Positions 61,101 through 64,000 of a DNA stretch of 64,000 nt are shown here, piece after piece. The notes beneath the pieces are model-generated. The model saw only the letters and a list, made by a program, of their open reading frames with translations. It ran no database searches and was not told the DNA's origin. Both the position numbers and the translations under genes were made by a program. Numbering within the stretch: position 1 is the first letter of the stretch; each line of letters opens with the position of its first letter. Origin of the DNA: Fimbriosthenelais zetlandica (lineage: Eukaryota); contig OZ365113.1 in NCBI GenBank assembly GCA_977030845.1, positions 19,840,001 through 19,904,000 on the forward strand, in the 5' to 3' direction.

Positions 61101-63087
61101 TTAAACCAATATTATTTATATAGAATGAAACCTGTGGTTTCAGTGCAGAATTTCACATCTGGATGTCTTAAATTTACACCAAAAAAACATTCTACCCATC
61201 ATGATACTCGTCACAAAATCCTGCCCGGAACTCTATTACAAAAACAGCCTGAACAAACACACTAAATGTCAGTTCCTATCGTCCATGCATTGGTGATTTT
61301 AAATTGGATGCTTGAAAATATAGTTCATTCATGTCCTATCTAAAGGCAGTCCCCTGACAATGACAACTCTGATCATTTTCTGTTCGCAACTAATAGATTG
61401 CATTAGATATGGTCCAGTGCTTTTCAAGTAATGAGACTCCTAAGCTTTTCAAATATTCATAAGTTGGCTTGACGTTAATATGAAAAGCTTAATTTCATCC
61501 TGACAGTTACTGGAAAATTCATGTCCAAAACTTGGTTATGGAGAAATCTGCACAGTAACAAAAAGGACCCATTAGCTGGTCATTGATTAATGTATAATAC
61601 ATCATCTGCCCCAATAGCATACTAATGTGTCATTCTAACTTGGCAATCTATTAACATGTACATGTAGATGTCTCTTGGGTTCTGTATTGACAGTTAATTT
61701 CATTACATCCAGCATCCCGAAACGTAGAAACGGTCCTGGTTTTGGGGAGAGGGTAAGCTAACATGACATCACGCTGCCATTTAATTTCCATGAAACTCAA
61801 GAGACATTTATGGATGTCAGAAGATTATGCACTAGCAAAAATCCTCTCAAGTTGCATCCCAAACCTGATTATTCATTTCCAAACTAGATCTATTAGGTCT
61901 GCCTATAACATACATTATAGGTTGGGTTTTTCGTTGGTCTGGGGTGAAGGTGGGTGGAAAGGACAGGTTGTGCGAGACTCAGTCCTTTTTTCCTAGTCAT
62001 GTACCATTCACCTGGGTAGACTGGGTGATTTAATTGAAGCGCTCTGCTGCTGTTGGTTGCCTTTGCCCAGTTACCACTTAGATGGTGTCTGGCTCGTAAT
62101 GAACACGGACATGAGACAAACAGGCCATCCTGTTAAAGGCTTCCTTAATGACGCATTAACAGAGACACGATGATTGCTTCCAAGTGCTATTCGCACAGTG
62201 GCCAGCTTAGATGCTTAATTGGCGCTGTCCTCATATGCCATTCACTTATTCAATCGTATTAATCAATTGATTTATATCCTTCAGTGTGCCTCTATAGTTC
62301 GCGGGTGAAGAAGTATTCTTCTGGAGCATTACGGAGATTGAGAGGAAAGCTGGAGGCAGTGGTCGGGTTATTTGATGACACAGTCCATTATCAACTATTG
62401 CTATATTATCATCTGCCCTGTTGTAGAAGAACCATAAACCTACAGTTGCTGACCTCTTCCTAGTACAATGGCTGGCTTTTTATTTCCCAGGTGACATTTT
62501 CATCAGTGAAGAATGGCTGCCGGCCTCCAGCTTCCCATGACTCCCGGCCCTTTGTCTCCAGGTGGTGCTTCATTCAACTGAGTGCATTGCTCTAGGTCCT
62601 TGTGAGGGGAACATAAAATGGCCAAGAAGACCTTTGCCTTTCTTATGTTCTTTGGGCTTCTTGGTGTGTCAAGCTTTCCATCTTTTTGCTTTGAGAAAAT
62701 CGGAGATATGTTTTTGGCACATCACATCGTCGTCCATATCATTTTGATTCTTGTCTTTACATTTTGGAGCTGGTCGACTTCCATTTTGTGATTTGAGGTT
62801 TGCAACTACACTACTATATTATATTCTGTGACATTTTGAAAGAATATGAACAGAATGGTGAAGGGGGAGATACCAACACTGATTGGTACCCCTTCACCTG
62901 TCTATACTGCAATTAAGAAACCTTTAGGGTTGAAATTGTAGCTCGTTCCGTTTTAATACATTTAAAAATGTACTATCAAAGTGGAGCGAAATTGTATTTA
63001 TTTAACCACGGTTTCCTTCGAGACGAAGCTTTTAGTCCAGTAGATTGGTGCAAAAATAGGGCAGAATTGTTCAAATTGGGAGGAAAT

Positions 63088-64000
63088 CATGAAATTTGGT
63101 ACAGTTATAGATTTGGGTATTCTGATTAAAATTGGATATAGACCCATTCTGAAAAAACATTTCCTTGGATACTGTTGCCATGGAAACATTCTTTCGTTCC
63201 TTTCAGAGAAAGCTTGGTTTCTACCTAAATTCTTTTCAATATTTTGGCATATAAAACATTCCATCCAAGAGTTCTCGAATGTGGGTAACTATTTCTGGCA
63301 ATATTCCGGTTGCTAGGCAATGAATGGTTGCTTAGCAACAAGGAAAATAGCAGAAATTGCTATAAAATATGGTATTTTATGCAATCAGTTGGTCCATTAT
63401 ATCATTTTTTCTAAAATAAAATAACATTTTTGTCAATAATAGTAATTAAGGTGACTTATTCTAGCTTTTCGAACAGTAAAAGATGGTTACCATACTGTTT
63501 TCATATCCAAAATAGCTCATCAGCTGCGGCTCATTGCTTTATTTTCTTGACCTTTGTCTATGGCTAGCTTTTGCCAAGTATCAGTATAATATTTAAATAT
63601 TGGTATGTTTCAATTGTCAGAAAAGCATGAAATTTGGTACAAATAGACATTTTGATATTTTGAATCGATCTAGAGGTAGACCCATTGTGAAAAAATATTT
63701 CCTTAGATACTGTTGCCATGGAAACATATTTTTAGCAGGTTATTAGCCATTTCAGCAAAGTATTTCCAAGTGTTTACCTAAGAATTAACAGATATTTTAT
63801 ATCTGAGGTTTTCCGTGCATGACTTTTTGGATATAGGTAAAATGTTGGCAATTTCCTGGTTGCTAGGCAAAGAATGGTTGCTTAGTAACCAAAAATATAC
63901 AAAAATTACCATGAAATAAAATGTTTTATGTTAGTTTTCTGGGTCAAAACCACGTTTTATATCAAATAAAATAGCTTTTTTTCAAAATAGTGGTTATTTC
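63088..64000 (+). repeat. Tandem ~540-bp repeat (two diverged units; may continue past window edge) containing RFX X-box-like palindromes
   Basis: catgaaatttggtaca at 63088 and 63626 (538 apart); GTTGCCATGGAAAC at 63174-63187 and 63712-63725; GGTTGCTAGGCAA.GAATGGTTGCTTAG at ~63308 and ~63858; gacccatt.tgaaaaaa.atttcctt.gatact shared. Confidence 0.9.

Noticed and set aside
1-64000. CRISPR array, rRNA, tRNA, snoRNA, prokaryotic operon or terminator features
   Set aside because: The sequence is intron-containing eukaryotic DNA; no repeat-spacer array, cloverleaf with A/B boxes, rRNA signature or C/D box pair with terminal stem could be supported.

Overview
Eukaryotic (metazoan, probably lophotrochozoan - inference from protein similarity and repeat motifs) genomic DNA, AT-rich and gene-poor. 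Two protein-coding genes are supported. (1) Six consecutive GT-AG exons (116-2179, + strand) of a BRD7/BRD9-family bromodomain gene: the end of the bromodomain plus the DUF3512 region. The gene enters from upstream of the window, and I could not find its next exon in the remaining ~61.8 kb. (2) An intronless 612-aa GT11 alpha-1,2-fucosyltransferase (FUT1/FUT2-like; 3590-5428, - strand) lying antisense just downstream of BRD7 exon 6, probably nested in a BRD7 intron, with an unusually long (~290 aa) stem. The rest is non-coding. It contains a 1.65-kb TIR/TSD-bounded non-autonomous DNA transposon with direct-oriented GATA-motif arrays (14941-16589) and a ~540-bp tandem repeat carrying RFX X-box palindromes (63.1-64 kb). 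It also contains several orphan promoter-like motif clusters, candidate non-coding minus-strand exons, possible highly decayed retroelement relics, microsatellites and short tandem duplications. Almost all other short ORFs in the supplied track look spurious. No rRNA, tRNA or CRISPR array was found. All analyses were done by eye; motif and family assignments need computational confirmation.
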